Shown here piece after piece: positions 42,845 through 54,424 of a DNA stretch of 64,000 nucleotides. A program made the translations under genes and the position numbers. Where the stretch lies: assembly GCA_021792255.1 (NCBI GenBank), contig JAJYUZ010000004.1:1-64000 (forward strand), given 5' to 3'. The notes beneath the pieces are model-generated. The model did not search any database. It was given only the letters and a program-made list of their open reading frames with translations, and was not told the DNA's origin. This stretch comes from Thermoplasmata archaeon. Its GTDB lineage: Archaea; Thermoplasmatota; Thermoplasmata; Thermoplasmatales; GCA-001856825. Within the stretch, counting starts at the first letter, position 1; each line of letters begins with the position of its first letter.

Positions 42845-43651
42845 TTGGTAAAACTCATAGACGATCGTGACAAGGAAGTGAGTGTTCCGGAAGAAATAAA
42901 AAGAATAATCAGCCTTAGTCCCGCAATAACAGAGATTCTCTTCGAACTAGGATTCGGTAGTAAAGTTGTCGGAGTCACCCCATTCTGTGTCAGGCCAGCA
43001 GAAGCGATGAAGAAGAAGAAAGTTGCGAGTTATGGTTATGCGAGCACAGAACAGTTCCAAAAACTCAAACCCGATCTCATACTGACGGTGACGGGATATC
43101 AGAATGCCGTCGCAGACCAGCTCGCTTCACACTTCAGCACATTTTCATTCGGGTTGCCTTCTTCACTCTCGGGGGTGATAGATCTCGTTACCAAAGTAGC
43201 CGTGGTGACGGGGCAAGAGGAGAAGGGAAGAGACATCGAAAGACAACTATGGGAAAGTATGAAAAGACTAAGAGTTGGAAGAAAGAAGGACGTGTACTTT
43301 GAGTGTGATCTAGGAGGATCGGTGACGTTTGGATCCCTTTCGTACATCACCGACGTACTTGGTTTCATGAATTTCAGATCCATCTACTCTGGAGTTCCAA
43401 AAGAATGGCTGCCTCCAGACTTCGATCTGGTCAAAAAAGAAGATCCAGATTACATAATTTTGGAACCCAAGATGTTTTCTAAGAGAGCTGAGGATTTGGT
43501 CGAAAGACTAATAGCCAACAGGGGATGGCAAAATCTGTCCGCATACCAGAATAAAAGAGTTTACCTAACTCCAGGAATGTACGACTTTTTCGCTCATCAC
43601 GGACCATCTCTGATTAGGGAGGTCCTTCCCTGGCTCGAACAGATCGAATGA
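42845..43651 (+). CDS. helical-backbone metal/cobalamin-binding protein (BtuF/FepB-like), no signal peptide
   Basis: KRIISLSPAITEILFELG, VVGVTPFC, LKPDLIL, DPDYII, HHGP; TTG at 42845 chosen as start. Confidence 0.85.
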   Translation: MVKLIDDRDKEVSVPEEIKRIISLSPAITEILFELGFGSKVVGVTPFCVRPAEAMKKKKVASYGYASTEQFQKLKPDLILTVTGYQNAVADQLASHFSTFSFGLPSSLSGVIDLVTKVAVVTGQEEKGRDIERQLWESMKRLRVGRKKDVYFECDLGGSVTFGSLSYITDVLGFMNFRSIYSGVPKEWLPPDFDLVKKEDPDYIILEPKMFSKRAEDLVERLIANRGWQNLSAYQNKRVYLTPGMYDFFAHHGPSLIREVLPWLEQIE

Positions 43652-43914
43652 GTCGATAAAACAATTCCCAGGATGAACAACGATGCCTTCAACCAAAATG
43701 CTTCCATGAGGTTGAAGCTCTCCTGCTTAAATGAGGAAATAATATTTTTATATGAAAATAGCAACAGAAACACAAAGAATATGTATGACAAATAGATAAG
43801 GTTGAGCAATTCCAGAGGTTAAAAATGAGTTTGTATCAAAATTCAACCATAGCGGGGGCTAAAAGCTTTGGATTGCTGGAGGGCTAGATTTTTACGGCTA
43901 AGTACAATATATTA

Positions 43915-44148
43915 ATGCACGAGATGGTTCCGGAGCACTGGTTGATTCCCGTCAAAGAGGAAGAGAAGATTTTGAAGTTACTGGGAGTCGCCAAGGGGCA
44001 ACTGCCAAAAATTAGAAAATCAGACCCAGTTATAAAGACTCTGGAAAAGGTAGAAGGGGAAATTGTTCCCGGCAGAATCATACAGATAGTGAGGAAGAGC
44101 AGGACCAGAGGAATCGCCAAGATATATAGAACCGTGATAGGTGAATAA
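43915..44148 (+). CDS. rpoH: RNA polymerase subunit H (Rpo5)
   Basis: HEMVPEH, QLPKIRKSDP, IVRKSRT, YRTV. Confidence 0.96.
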   Translation: MHEMVPEHWLIPVKEEEKILKLLGVAKGQLPKIRKSDPVIKTLEKVEGEIVPGRIIQIVRKSRTRGIAKIYRTVIGE

Positions 44149-44151
44149 TAG

Positions 44152-47100
44152 ATGTATAGTATCTTGAACACGTTTTTTAAAGAGATGGAAGTAGTCAACC
44201 ATCAACTAGTTTCTTACAACGATTTTATTCCCACCGATGATAACTCAGATTCTGGAATGCAACGGGTATTCGACACTCTTAGAGTGACGGAAGATGACTT
44301 ACCTGGAGAGATGAAGTTAGACAGGTCCAAAACCGGCGGACTTGACATAAGGATAAGATTTGGACGACCAAAGAACTCAGAGAGTCCAGAACCGACAGTT
44401 TCCATAGAACTGCCAAAAATCAGGGAGCCAACCGGCTCCGAAAATTACATAACTCCGCTCGAGGCAAGACTGAGAGACCTAAACTACATGGCTCCACTAT
44501 TCCTAGATTTCACAGTTCTCGAAGAAGATAATGAAGTCAGGAATGAGAAGATCAAGATTGGGGAATTCCCAGTAATGGTAAGGTCCAAGATTTGCATACT
44601 TCATAAAAACAATACAGACGAGTTCATAAGGAGGATCAATCTAAGAAAAGACGAAAGGATCAGGGGTATGACAGAAGATGAGCTACTTTCCCTTCCATAC
44701 GAAAAGAAGCTTCAGCTCCTGGGAGAGGATCCCCAGGATGCTGGCGGTTACTTTATAATCGGAGGAACCGAAAGGACTCTGATATCGATGGAAGATCTGG
44801 CACCCAACAAGATTATAGTAGAGTACGAGGAGAAGTACGATTCGAGGGTAGAAGTCGCAAAGATATTCTCTCAGAAGGAAGGCTACAGGGCATTGATTGC
44901 AGTTGAGAGGAAGGCAGATGGTATTCTGACGGTTTCAGTACCTTCCATAGCAGGAACTATTCCGCTCGTCGTCCTCATGAAGGCGCTGGGCGTCGACAAA
45001 GATAAAGACATTTATGACTCTATCGTGACGGACGAGAGGATGATCCCGATCGTCCTAGCTAACATAGAGGATTCTGAAAATACAGAGCTGTACCCTCCCA
45101 CCGGTATTATGAGCGAAAGAGACGCTATCAATTATCTTGAGAAAAGGTTCGCAGCAGGACAGGCTAAGGAATTCAGGGAAAAGAAAATGTCTCAGATTCT
45201 GGACAAGAATCTCCTTCCTCATCTTGGTGACAGCTTGCAGGACAGAACAAAGAAGGGAATATATCTGGGAAGGATGGCAAGGGCCTTGCTGGAGTTGTAT
45301 CTGGGAGTTAGAAAGGAAGACGACAAAGATCACCTCGCCAACAAGAGAATAAAACTGTCTGGAGATTTGCTAGAGGAACTTTTCAGAAGCTCTGCTCAAG
45401 CTCTTCTCAAGGACCTCAAAGGACAGCTTGAAAAGACTTACAACAGGAAGAGGGGAATAAGGCTCAACGCTGCGGTCAGGCAGGACGTTCTCAACGAGAA
45501 ATTGAAACACGCAATATCAACAGGAAACTGGATAGGAGGGAGAACAGGAGTTTCACAACTTCTCGAACGAACTTCTTACATAGCTACTCTCTCACACCTT
45601 AGAAGAATATCTTCTCCACTCACGAGATCGCAACCACACTTTGAGGCTAGAGACCTTCACCCCACTCAATGGGGAAGGATGTGCCCCAACGAAACTCCAG
45701 AAGGGCAGAACTGCGGACTGGTGAAGAATGCAAGTTTGGTCATAGATATCACTGAAGGTTATCCAGAAGAAAATATCATAGAAATGCTGAAGAAGATGGG
45801 CCTGGAAGAGATACTTGGTGAGAGACCAGGGCTGTCAAGAATTTATGTAAACGGAAACCTGATAGGTTATCACAAGGACGGGCAAAGCGTTGTTTCTGAT
45901 ATACGCAAAAAGAGAAGATCCGGGAATCTCTCGAGCCAGGTTAACATTAGATTTGATGATACGACCAACGAGGTCATTATAAACACGGACAAGGGAAGGA
46001 TAAGAAGGCCCCTTGTAGTAGCGTACAATGGCAAGATAAAATTCAATTCGACGATGAGGGAAAACCTCATTTCAGGCAAAATGGGAATTAAGGATCTGAT
46101 ATCAAACGGGGTCATAGAATGGCTCGACGCAGAAGAGGAGGAGAATTCATTAGTTGCAATCTATCCTTACGAGAAACCGCTAAAATGTCCAAACTGCGGA
46201 ACCTACCTCTACAGTGATCTCACAGAATGGACCAATCCAGGAGAGGAATCAGTCAAGCTTAAGTGCCTGAAGTGTAACAATCAATTTGAGGGAAAGAAGA
46301 GCTACGGGCAAGAGCACACCCACATGGAGATAGATCCGATGATGATTCAGGGAGTGGTCGTCGGCGTGATTCCATATGCGGAACACAACCAGTCGCCGAG
46401 GGTCACCATGGGCGCGGCGATGACAAAACAATCTCTAGGACTTTCGTCCTCAAATTACCGGCTGAGGCCTGATACAAGGGGACACGTTCTTCACTATCCG
46501 CAGAAGCCTCTCGTGACGACTGGTGCGGCTAGGTACATAAAGTACAACAGGAGACCATCGGGTCAGAACGCGGTAGTCGCCCTGATATCGTACCACAACT
46601 ACAACATTCAGGACGCCGTGATTGTGAACAAGGCATCCGTGGAGAGAGGATTTGGAAGATCCGCCTTCTTCAGGACCTACAAGGCAGAAGAGAAAAGATA
46701 CCCTGGTGGTCAGGAGGATAAATTTGAGATTCCTCCGCCCGAAGTCAGAGGCGTCAGAAGCGAAGAGTCCTACAGGAACATAGATGAAAATGGAATGGTG
46801 TCCCCAGAGACTTACGTTTCAGGAGGAGACGTAATCGTAGGAAAAACTTCTCCGCCGAGGTTCATGGAAGAAGAGCAAAAGATATCGATCCAAAAGAGAA
46901 GGGAAAGCTCTATTACAAATAGGTCGGGAGAAACAGGGCACATAGATTCGGTTATCCTGACGGTATCTGAGAATAACAGCAGGCTACTAAAGGTCAAAGT
47001 AAGGGACGACAGGATTCCAGAGCTCGGTGACAAATTCGCAAGCAGACACGGACAGAAGGGTGTGATAGGGGCTATCATACCTCAGGAAGACATGCCATTC

Positions 47101-47769
47101 ACAGAGGATGGTGTAATCCCTGACCTGATAATCAATCCCCATTCCATTCCGAGCAGAATGACAGTCGGTCACCTCCTAGAGACCATTGGGGGGAAAGTGG
47201 GTGCCCTTGAAGGGAGATCCATTAATGGTACCGTTTTCGAAGGGGAACCTGAGGAATCCCTGAGGGAATCTCTGGAGAGAAACGGATTCAAGTTTTCTGG
47301 AAGAGAGACGATGTACGATGGAGTGACGGGAAGGAAATTCAGGGCCGATATATTCATCGGAGTTGTCTACTATCAAAAACTCCACCACATGGTCGCCGGG
47401 AAATTCCACGCAAGGTCTAGAGGGCCAGTCCAGATTCTGACTAGGCAGCCAACAGAGGGAAGGTCAAGACAGGGAGGACTTAGGTTTGGAGAAATGGAGA
47501 GAGATACTCTCATTGGCCACGGTGCAGCCATGGCAATCAAGGATAGACTACTGGATCAGAGCGACGGATTTGCAGTTTATGTCTGCGGTGACCCAGACTG
47601 TGGTCACGTGGCAGTCTACGACTACAAGACTCACCAACTCAGGTGCCCGGTCTGCGGAAACACAAGCAACATCAGGCCGGTCGAAACGAGCTATGCGTTC
47701 AAACTGATGAGGGACGAACTGATGTCACTTGGTGTTGTCATGAGATTAAGGCTGGGTGATCTTAAATGA
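44152..47769 (+). CDS. rpoB: RNA polymerase subunit B (Rpo2, unsplit)
   Basis: [51 protein letters not shown]. Confidence 0.98.
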   Translation: MYSILNTFFKEMEVVNHQLVSYNDFIPTDDNSDSGMQRVFDTLRVTEDDLPGEMKLDRSKTGGLDIRIRFGRPKNSESPEPTVSIELPKIREPTGSENYITPLEARLRDLNYMAPLFLDFTVLEEDNEVRNEKIKIGEFPVMVRSKICILHKNNTDEFIRRINLRKDERIRGMTEDELLSLPYEKKLQLLGEDPQDAGGYFIIGGTERTLISMEDLAPNKIIVEYEEKYDSRVEVAKIFSQKEGYRALIAVERKADGILTVSVPSIAGTIPLVVLMKALGVDKDKDIYDSIVTDERMIPIVLANIEDSENTELYPPTGIMSERDAINYLEKRFAAGQAKEFREKKMSQILDKNLLPHLGDSLQDRTKKGIYLGRMARALLELYLGVRKEDDKDHLANKRIKLSGDLLEELFRSSAQALLKDLKGQLEKTYNRKRGIRLNAAVRQDVLNEKLKHAISTGNWIGGRTGVSQLLERTSYIATLSHLRRISSPLTRSQPHFEARDLHPTQWGRMCPNETPEGQNCGLVKNASLVIDITEGYPEENIIEMLKKMGLEEILGERPGLSRIYVNGNLIGYHKDGQSVVSDIRKKRRSGNLSSQVNIRFDDTTNEVIINTDKGRIRRPLVVAYNGKIKFNSTMRENLISGKMGIKDLISNGVIEWLDAEEEENSLVAIYPYEKPLKCPNCGTYLYSDLTEWTNPGEESVKLKCLKCNNQFEGKKSYGQEHTHMEIDPMMIQGVVVGVIPYAEHNQSPRVTMGAAMTKQSLGLSSSNYRLRPDTRGHVLHYPQKPLVTTGAARYIKYNRRPSGQNAVVALISYHNYNIQDAVIVNKASVERGFGRSAFFRTYKAEEKRYPGGQEDKFEIPPPEVRGVRSEESYRNIDENGMVSPETYVSGGDVIVGKTSPPRFMEEEQKISIQKRRESSITNRSGETGHIDSVILTVSENNSRLLKVKVRDDRIPELGDKFASRHGQKGVIGAIIPQEDMPFTEDGVIPDLIINPHSIPSRMTVGHLLETIGGKVGALEGRSINGTVFEGEPEESLRESLERNGFKFSGRETMYDGVTGRKFRADIFIGVVYYQKLHHMVAGKFHARSRGPVQILTRQPTEGRSRQGGLRFGEMERDTLIGHGAAMAIKDRLLDQSDGFAVYVCGDPDCGHVAVYDYKTHQLRCPVCGNTSNIRPVETSYAFKLMRDELMSLGVVMRLRLGDLK

Positions 47770-50414
47770 AGGTAGAGATTTCAAAGGGAATTGAGGAACT
47801 AAAATTCGCACTGCTATCCCCAGAAGAGATCAGAAGAATGTCTTCAGTAAAGGTGATAACTCCAGACACCTATGATGACGATGGTTATCCAATAGAAAAG
47901 GGACTTATGGACCCCTCAATGGGAGTGATCGAACCGGGACTGAAGTGCAAAACGTGTGGCGGCAAGGTCGATCAGTGCCCTGGACACTTTGGGCACATTG
48001 AGCTGGCCATGCCTGTAGTGCACATAGGATTCATCAAGGAAATATACTCGATTCTTTCAAGCACCTGTTCTAACTGTGGAAGGATAAAACTTCCGGAAGA
48101 GAAGCTGAAAGAATACTTCCTGAGGATACAGGATACCAATAACAGACTGAGTGACATTGAATACGATGACATAGTATCGGAGGTAGAATCCGACGCCTCT
48201 GAGGTAGTCATATGTCCTCACTGTCATTTTGAAAATCAGAAAGTGGCCCTCGACAAGCCCACGACTTTCAGAGAAGAGGGAAAGAAGCTGACCCCAAAGG
48301 AAATCAGGGAGAGATTTGAGAAGATACAGAAGGACGATCTGCCCCTGATCGGACTTGACCCGAAAGTGGCCAGACCGGAATGGATGATCCTGACCGTTTT
48401 CCCAGTTCCCCCAGTCAACGTAAGACCGACCATAACTCTCGAAACAGGAGAAAGGAGTGAGGATGATCTTACTCACAAGCTCGTGGATGTAATCAGAATC
48501 AACCAGAGACTCAGAGAGAACAGGGATCAGGGAAGCCCCCAACTTATCATTGAGGATCTTTGGGATTTGCTGCAGTATCACGTCACAACTTACTTCGACA
48601 ATCAGACTCCGGGCACTCCTCCCGCAAGGCACAGGTCCGGAAGATCGCTGAAGACACTTGTTCAGAGACTGAAAGGCAAGGAGGGGAGATTCAGGAGCAA
48701 TCTTTCGGGCAAGAGGGTCAATTTTTCTGCTAGGACTGTCATCAGTCCAGAGCCTTTCCTATCCATAAATCAGGTCGGCGTTCCTGCGAAGGCCGCAAGG
48801 GAGCTTACAGTGACAGAAACGGTGACCCAACACAATTTCGAGAAGTTGAAGGAGCTAATCAAGAACGGACCAGGTAAGGAGGAAGAGGTCTATCGTCCAG
48901 GAGTCAACTACGTTTACAGGGCCGATGGAAGTAGGATCAAGATATCCGACAAGAATGCCAGTGAAGTAGCGGAAAAGATGGAACTGGGGTGGCAAGTAGA
49001 AAGGCAGCTGGAAGACGGGGATATAGTTCTGTTCAACAGACAGCCGAGCCTCCACAGAATGTCAATGATGGCGCACGAAGTGAAAGTTCTGCCATACAGA
49101 ACGTTCAGGTTTAATCTCGCAGTCTGCGCTCCATACAATGCTGATTTCGACGGGGACGAAATGAATCTCCACGTTCTCCAGAGTCAGGAAGCGAGGGCCG
49201 AAGCAGAGATACTGATGAAGGTCCAAGAGAATTTCCTCTCGCCAAGATTTGGAGGACCTATAATGGGAGCCATACACGATCACATCACAGCTTTGTTCTT
49301 GCTCACGTACAGGAATCCGTTGATTCCACTCGAAGCCGGACTGCACATTATGAGTTATGTCAATGTAAGTCATACTCCAGAACCAGTGGAGATCGATGGA
49401 AAGAAGTACTTCAGGGGGAGGGACATATTTTCACTGATTCTGCCTGAGGGAGTAAATCTCGAGTTTAGAGGAAAGCTTGGAGACAAGAGCCTCGATCCAA
49501 ATGGTACGGAGGGTACCATAAGGATAGAGGACAGCAAGCTTGTAAACGGCGCAATAGACGAAAATGCAATTGGACAGTCGAAGGGTGCTCTGCTCGACTA
49601 TGTTCTGAGAAAATACGGTAATGCAGAAGGGGCGAAATTCTTGGATAATCTCACCAGACTCGCAGCAGGGGCCATAAGTTACACCGGTTTTTCCACTGGG
49701 ATAGACGACGAAGACGTCCCAGGAGAAGCGAAAGCTCAGCTCAGGGAGGTAGGTAACGAATCTGTTCAAAAGGTCGAAAAGCTGATCGAGAATTATAAGG
49801 CCGGACTAATCGGAATGGAACCCGGCAAGACTCTTGAGGATACATTAGAATCGATGGTAATGAAGGTCCTTTCGCAGGCAAGGGAAAAGAGTTCTGAGAT
49901 CGCTTCACACTACCTGGGAATGGATAACTCGACCGTCATAATGGCAAGGTCAGGTGCAAGGGCTAACATGATGAATCTTGCCCAGATGGCAGGTATCATA
50001 GGTCAGCAGAGTATCAGGGGACAGAGGCAGCACAGAGGTTATACTAACAGGACTCTCCCGCACTTTGAGAAGGGAGACATAGGGGCATATGCGAGAGGAT
50101 TTGTAAGTTCTTCGTACAAGGAGGGTCTCAACCCAACCGAATATTTCTTCCACGCAACAGGAGGAAGAGAAGGTCTCGTCGATATCGCCGTAAGAACGTC
50201 GAGGTCCGGTTATATGCAGAGAAGACTGATCAATGCCCTTGAAGATCTCAAGGTCTCTGAAGATGGAAGGGTACTCGACACGGAGAACTCCGTAATTCAA
50301 CTGGAGTACGGGGAAGATGGAACAGATCCGTCCCGATCTTTCGAGGGAGAATCGGTCAACGTGAACTACCTGATCAAAGAGATGTTTGGCAATAAGTATG
50401 GAGGGAAAAAATGA
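47766..50414 (+). CDS. rpoA1: RNA polymerase subunit A' (Rpo1N)
   Basis: [24 protein letters not shown], catalytic [19 protein letters not shown]. Confidence 0.98.
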   Translation: MKVEISKGIEELKFALLSPEEIRRMSSVKVITPDTYDDDGYPIEKGLMDPSMGVIEPGLKCKTCGGKVDQCPGHFGHIELAMPVVHIGFIKEIYSILSSTCSNCGRIKLPEEKLKEYFLRIQDTNNRLSDIEYDDIVSEVESDASEVVICPHCHFENQKVALDKPTTFREEGKKLTPKEIRERFEKIQKDDLPLIGLDPKVARPEWMILTVFPVPPVNVRPTITLETGERSEDDLTHKLVDVIRINQRLRENRDQGSPQLIIEDLWDLLQYHVTTYFDNQTPGTPPARHRSGRSLKTLVQRLKGKEGRFRSNLSGKRVNFSARTVISPEPFLSINQVGVPAKAARELTVTETVTQHNFEKLKELIKNGPGKEEEVYRPGVNYVYRADGSRIKISDKNASEVAEKMELGWQVERQLEDGDIVLFNRQPSLHRMSMMAHEVKVLPYRTFRFNLAVCAPYNADFDGDEMNLHVLQSQEARAEAEILMKVQENFLSPRFGGPIMGAIHDHITALFLLTYRNPLIPLEAGLHIMSYVNVSHTPEPVEIDGKKYFRGRDIFSLILPEGVNLEFRGKLGDKSLDPNGTEGTIRIEDSKLVNGAIDENAIGQSKGALLDYVLRKYGNAEGAKFLDNLTRLAAGAISYTGFSTGIDDEDVPGEAKAQLREVGNESVQKVEKLIENYKAGLIGMEPGKTLEDTLESMVMKVLSQAREKSSEIASHYLGMDNSTVIMARSGARANMMNLAQMAGIIGQQSIRGQRQHRGYTNRTLPHFEKGDIGAYARGFVSSSYKEGLNPTEYFFHATGGREGLVDIAVRTSRSGYMQRRLINALEDLKVSEDGRVLDTENSVIQLEYGEDGTDPSRSFEGESVNVNYLIKEMFGNKYGGKK

Positions 50415-51952
50415 CGACTCTAGCGTGGAAGGACACACTCAAGAAGGTGAAGGAGATCATAGACAAGGCGCCTATAGGTTACTGCCTTGACTATGAAATA
50501 CCTGCCGAGAAATCGATGAAGGAGGCGCTGATCACCGTTACTGGGAAGACATTTGTCGCAAAGGCAAAGATATCGAAAATTACTCCTTACAAGAACGAGA
50601 AGAATATTCTAAAAAAGAAGAAAGACAAACTGAAGACCCTGGTAATGATAGAAAAGATAGAAGAGATCCAAGACGACATTGTAAACTACGAGGAAGTGAA
50701 TGGAGAATCGATTGACAAGATTCTTTCATTTGCGATTCTCACCCGAAAGGAAGAAGCCAAGATTGAGTTAAGGGAGCCGATGGAGGGGAAGCTGAGCGGT
50801 GAGGTCAAGAGTGTTCTCAGACAAGTCGAAAAGGAGGGAAACAGCCTGCCAATCAAAATTGCAGAGCAACTTGCAAATGCAAAGAAGCAGTACAATATCG
50901 GAGAAAAGGACTTTGACAAGCTGTTGAAGGTCACAGTCGAAAAGTACAAAGAGACGGAAGTTGACCCATTTGAGGCCGTAGGAATCGTCGGAGCGCAGAG
51001 TATAGGCGAACCAGGTACGCAAATGACGATGAGAACTTTCCACTTTGCAGGAGTAGCTGAAATGGACGTGACTCTAGGTCTTCCCAGACTCATTGAAATC
51101 GTGGATGCCAGAAAGACTCCGAGCACTCCATCTATGACAATCTATCTCTCAGAGAAGGCAAAGGGCGACGAAGACAGGGCCGTGGGTCTCGCAAGATCGA
51201 TCGAAGCCACTACCCTCCTAGACATAGCAGACATCGAGGTCAACACGACAGAAGGCTTTGTTCTCATAATGCTCGACAAACAGAAAATGCAGGAGAGGGG
51301 ACTTAAGAGAGAAGAAATCCTTCCAAAGCTGAAGAAGATCAGGATGCAGAAGACGACCATCACGGAAGAAGAAAATGAGATAAAACTCTCGTTGGACGAG
51401 CCTTCATTCAAGAAAATATACCAGCTCTACGAGAGTCTGAAGACGTTCCAGGTCAAGGGCCTCGATGGTATTAGGAGGGCAATCGTCAAGTTCGATCAAA
51501 AGGCCAAGGAATGGGTTCTATATACTCAGGGATCGAATCTAGCAGGAGTACTCGAACTCAAGGATGTTGACTTTGCAAGGACCAAGACCAACGACATCAT
51601 AGAGATATCACAGGTTCTTGGAGTTGAAGCCGCACGAGAGGCAATAATAGAAGAGAGCACATCTACTCTTCACAATGCGGGGCTCAATACGGACATAAGG
51701 CATCTCATGCTCGTTGCCGACATGATGACTTTTTCAGGAACGGTGGAGGCGATTGGCAGGCACGGCATATCGGGGAAGAAGGCATCAGTCCTGGCGAGAG
51801 CAGCTTTCGAAATCACGAGCAAGCACCTTCTGAATGCTGGATTGATCGGGGAAGTGGACAGGCTTAACGGTGTCGCAGAAAATATTATAGTGGGACAACC
51901 GATAACCCTTGGCACAGGTGCAGTAAAACTTGCGTATAGGAGAGAGGAATAA
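50411..51952 (+). CDS. rpoA2: RNA polymerase subunit A'' (Rpo1C) with N-terminal extension
   Basis: [50 protein letters not shown]. Confidence 0.97.
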   Translation: MTTLAWKDTLKKVKEIIDKAPIGYCLDYEIPAEKSMKEALITVTGKTFVAKAKISKITPYKNEKNILKKKKDKLKTLVMIEKIEEIQDDIVNYEEVNGESIDKILSFAILTRKEEAKIELREPMEGKLSGEVKSVLRQVEKEGNSLPIKIAEQLANAKKQYNIGEKDFDKLLKVTVEKYKETEVDPFEAVGIVGAQSIGEPGTQMTMRTFHFAGVAEMDVTLGLPRLIEIVDARKTPSTPSMTIYLSEKAKGDEDRAVGLARSIEATTLLDIADIEVNTTEGFVLIMLDKQKMQERGLKREEILPKLKKIRMQKTTITEEENEIKLSLDEPSFKKIYQLYESLKTFQVKGLDGIRRAIVKFDQKAKEWVLYTQGSNLAGVLELKDVDFARTKTNDIIEISQVLGVEAAREAIIEESTSTLHNAGLNTDIRHLMLVADMMTFSGTVEAIGRHGISGKKASVLARAAFEITSKHLLNAGLIGEVDRLNGVAENIIVGQPITLGTGAVKLAYRREE

Positions 51953-52228
51953 ATGGACTACAACTGGGAACTTGGAAGATTAAAGGAAACGGGAAAGTTT
52001 GTGCTTGGAGAAAAAGCTACTGAAAAATTGAGGAAGAAGGGAGGACTGAAGGCAGTCGTCTTTTCAAACGAACCACATCTCAAATCAAAGTTTGAAAACG
52101 TCGACATGGCAAAGTTCGTTGTTCCGATGAACTCGGTTCAGCTGGGCAATATTTTCGGTAAGCCATTCTCTGTTTCTGTCGTCGGGGTAGTAGATGCAGG
52201 CAGCTCTAAATTCCAGGAGAATGAGTAG
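51953..52228 (+). CDS. rpl30e: 50S ribosomal protein L30e (divergent)
   Basis: TGKFVLG, LGNIFGKPFSVS..D.GSS; canonical position between rpoA2 and nusA. Confidence 0.82.
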   Translation: MDYNWELGRLKETGKFVLGEKATEKLRKKGGLKAVVFSNEPHLKSKFENVDMAKFVVPMNSVQLGNIFGKPFSVSVVGVVDAGSSKFQENE

Positions 52229-52230
52229 AA

Positions 52231-52662
52231 TTGGGTGAAATAACACTCGATACCCGAAGTCTAGATCTTATACAACACTTTGAGAAGTCTATCGGTCTAC
52301 CTGTCAAGGACGTGATGGAGACCGATGACGTAATTTTTTACGTTCTGGAAAAGGGGGGAACATATAAGCTCTTCACGAACGATGACAAAAAGAAAGGACT
52401 GGAGAGAATAAAAGAAAGCGTCAAGAAGAGGGTAAACGTACTCGACTTCTCTCCGGAACCAGAACAATTTTTCAGGAACCTTTTTTATAGGTACAAAGTG
52501 GTCTCGCTCAACATCACGGCAGGAGAAAGCGGTTACGTTGTGAACGTGAAAGTAGACCCCAACTATAAGGCGTCTGCAATCGGGAAAGAAGCAAAGAACC
52601 TGAAGACTGCCATGCAGCTCGCAAAGAGACATTTCACCATCGCTCGACTTTTCATAGAATAG
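52231..52662 (+). CDS. nusA: archaeal NusA (KH domains)
   Basis: position after L30e; PEQFFRNLF, AIGKEAKNL, AKRHF. Confidence 0.88.
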   Translation: MGEITLDTRSLDLIQHFEKSIGLPVKDVMETDDVIFYVLEKGGTYKLFTNDDKKKGLERIKESVKKRVNVLDFSPEPEQFFRNLFYRYKVVSLNITAGESGYVVNVKVDPNYKASAIGKEAKNLKTAMQLAKRHFTIARLFIE

Positions 52663-52705
52663 ACCTTTCCTACAGATTCCAGCCGAACCAAGAGACGAAA
52701 GCTCT

Positions 52706-52936
52706 CTATTTTGTCGATAAAGAATCCTCCAATATTTCTATAATCTTCTTCTGAGAGGTGGCGCCAGTGACGATTCTTATTCTCGACTGTGACACAGAAT
52801 AATATCTCGAAAGCTGCTTTATCACATCCATGTTTGCCCTGTTGTTTTTTCTTTTCTCCTGAGTATGAACGATCAAGATTCCGTTCCTCTCTTCTATTGG
52901 ATCGTTCCCCGGACGTACCAAGACTCTGTGTCTCAT
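52706..52936 (-). CDS. DUF167 (YggU-like) protein
   Basis: VRPG, NRAN..VIKQLSRYY.V, IVTGATSQKK. Confidence 0.85.
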   Translation of the reverse strand: MRHRVLVRPGNDPIEERNGILIVHTQEKRKNNRANMDVIKQLSRYYSVSQSRIRIVTGATSQKKIIEILEDSLSTK

Positions 52937-53130
52937 TTTATCACAATCTGGAACGGATATATCCTCTTTTCAGATTTCAATACAAGTCTGCATACTTGAC
53001 CGGCCCAATTGCGTACCCATACCGGATCATTTAATTGCATCGTATTTCCGCCGTCTTTACCATACAATGAGACAGTCAAGAAAGGACGGAACGGAATCCA
53101 AGAGGTCGATGTTCGAATGAGGATTGGCAC
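52933..53130 (-). CDS. possible small hypothetical protein
   Basis: exactly fills the gap between the mtaB-like stop and DUF167 (ATGA overlap); no recognisable motif. Confidence 0.25.
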   Translation of the reverse strand: MPILIRTSTSWIPFRPFLTVSLYGKDGGNTMQLNDPVWVRNWAGQVCRLVLKSEKRIYPFQIVIK

Positions 53131-54315
53131 TTATGCTTTCTTTGTCATTGGTCTTCCTATGAGATAGAACTCTGAACTTCCCACGATCTTGACTCTCGTA
53201 TTGTCTCCCAGCTTTCCCTTATTCAAAATCACTGGATGATAGCTCTGATCCCTTGCGATAAAAGTGTTGTTCTTTCCAGGCTCCATGAGTCTGACTTCAG
53301 TTTTCCTGTTGACAAAGCGCTCGAGTGACTCTTTAGAAATATCTCTGTGGAGTTCCGTAAGTATTTGAGTCCACAGTGCGGTCTGATTGCTAGGGGGAGT
53401 TTTCCAGGCATAAGCAGCCGTACCTGGTCGAGGTGAATACTTTGTGACATTGAGAATTTCCGGTTTAACCTCCCTTACCACATCCGCCGTTGCTCTGAGG
53501 CCCTCTACGGTCTCGTATGGAAAACCCACTATGACGTCAGTGCTCAACATTCCCTCGGGGAATGAATGTCTGAACTTCCTCACGATCTCAACAAACTTCT
53601 CCACTTTGTACTGTCTTCCCATCTTCCTTAAAACCAATGGATCACCGCTCTGAAAAGGAATGTGTAGGAACCTGTACACCTTTTCGGATCTCATCACCAT
53701 TAACAATTCGTCTATGATAGAACTCGCGTTTTCGGGCTCCATCATTCCCACTCTGACTCTAAAATCACCCTCTAGATCGGTAATTTTGCGAACCAAACGT
53801 GGCAAAGTTTCGGATTTATCTTGCCCGTAAGACCCCGTATCCAACGCCGTCAGGCGTATTTCCTTTGCCCCTTTTTTGACGATTTCCTTTATACCTTGTA
53901 GTATAGTTTCTTCATCGAAGCTCTTGAGTCTTCCCCTAGCAATTCTAGAAATGCAGAATGAGCATCCTCCATCACACCCTTCAGCTATTGGTACTCCAAC
54001 ACTCAGATTTCCTTCCTTCAGAACTGGAAGTTTTCCATAGGATTCGGAAAAATCAATCTTCCTCACTTCCTTCAAAGGGAAATGCGTCAGGCACCCAGAG
54101 ACAAGAACCTCTTTTCCACCTCTCCTTATCTCTTCTATCCTTCTCATCATTCTGTCCTCGGTGTGTTTAATGACTACGCACGTCGATAGAAGGACAGTAT
54201 CCGCGGATTCCATATCCCACACCAGCTGATTCCCCTGAGAAACGAGCGAACTGGCTATCATCTCGCCCTGTGCCTGGTTGAGAGTACAACCGTAGTTCTC
54301 TAGGAAGAACTTCAT
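53131..54315 (-). CDS. tRNA t6A37 methylthiotransferase (MtaB/e-MtaB, MiaB-like radical SAM)
   Basis: UPF0004 cysteines GCTLN, TCVV, GCL; CDGGCSFC radical SAM motif; HIPFQSG, DVIVGFP, YSPRPGT; C-terminal TRAM. Confidence 0.92.
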   Translation of the reverse strand: MKFFLENYGCTLNQAQGEMIASSLVSQGNQLVWDMESADTVLLSTCVVIKHTEDRMMRRIEEIRRGGKEVLVSGCLTHFPLKEVRKIDFSESYGKLPVLKEGNLSVGVPIAEGCDGGCSFCISRIARGRLKSFDEETILQGIKEIVKKGAKEIRLTALDTGSYGQDKSETLPRLVRKITDLEGDFRVRVGMMEPENASSIIDELLMVMRSEKVYRFLHIPFQSGDPLVLRKMGRQYKVEKFVEIVRKFRHSFPEGMLSTDVIVGFPYETVEGLRATADVVREVKPEILNVTKYSPRPGTAAYAWKTPPSNQTALWTQILTELHRDISKESLERFVNRKTEVRLMEPGKNNTFIARDQSYHPVILNKGKLGDNTRVKIVGSSEFYLIGRPMTKKA

Positions 54316-54424
54316 TTATGATCACTTGATTGTGAGGTAAGCAACAATTGATAGAAAATTCTAACGACAATTTTGGAGTGAAAATCGTGAAACAAGATTA
54401 TAAGTCAAGAACGAGTAAACATTC

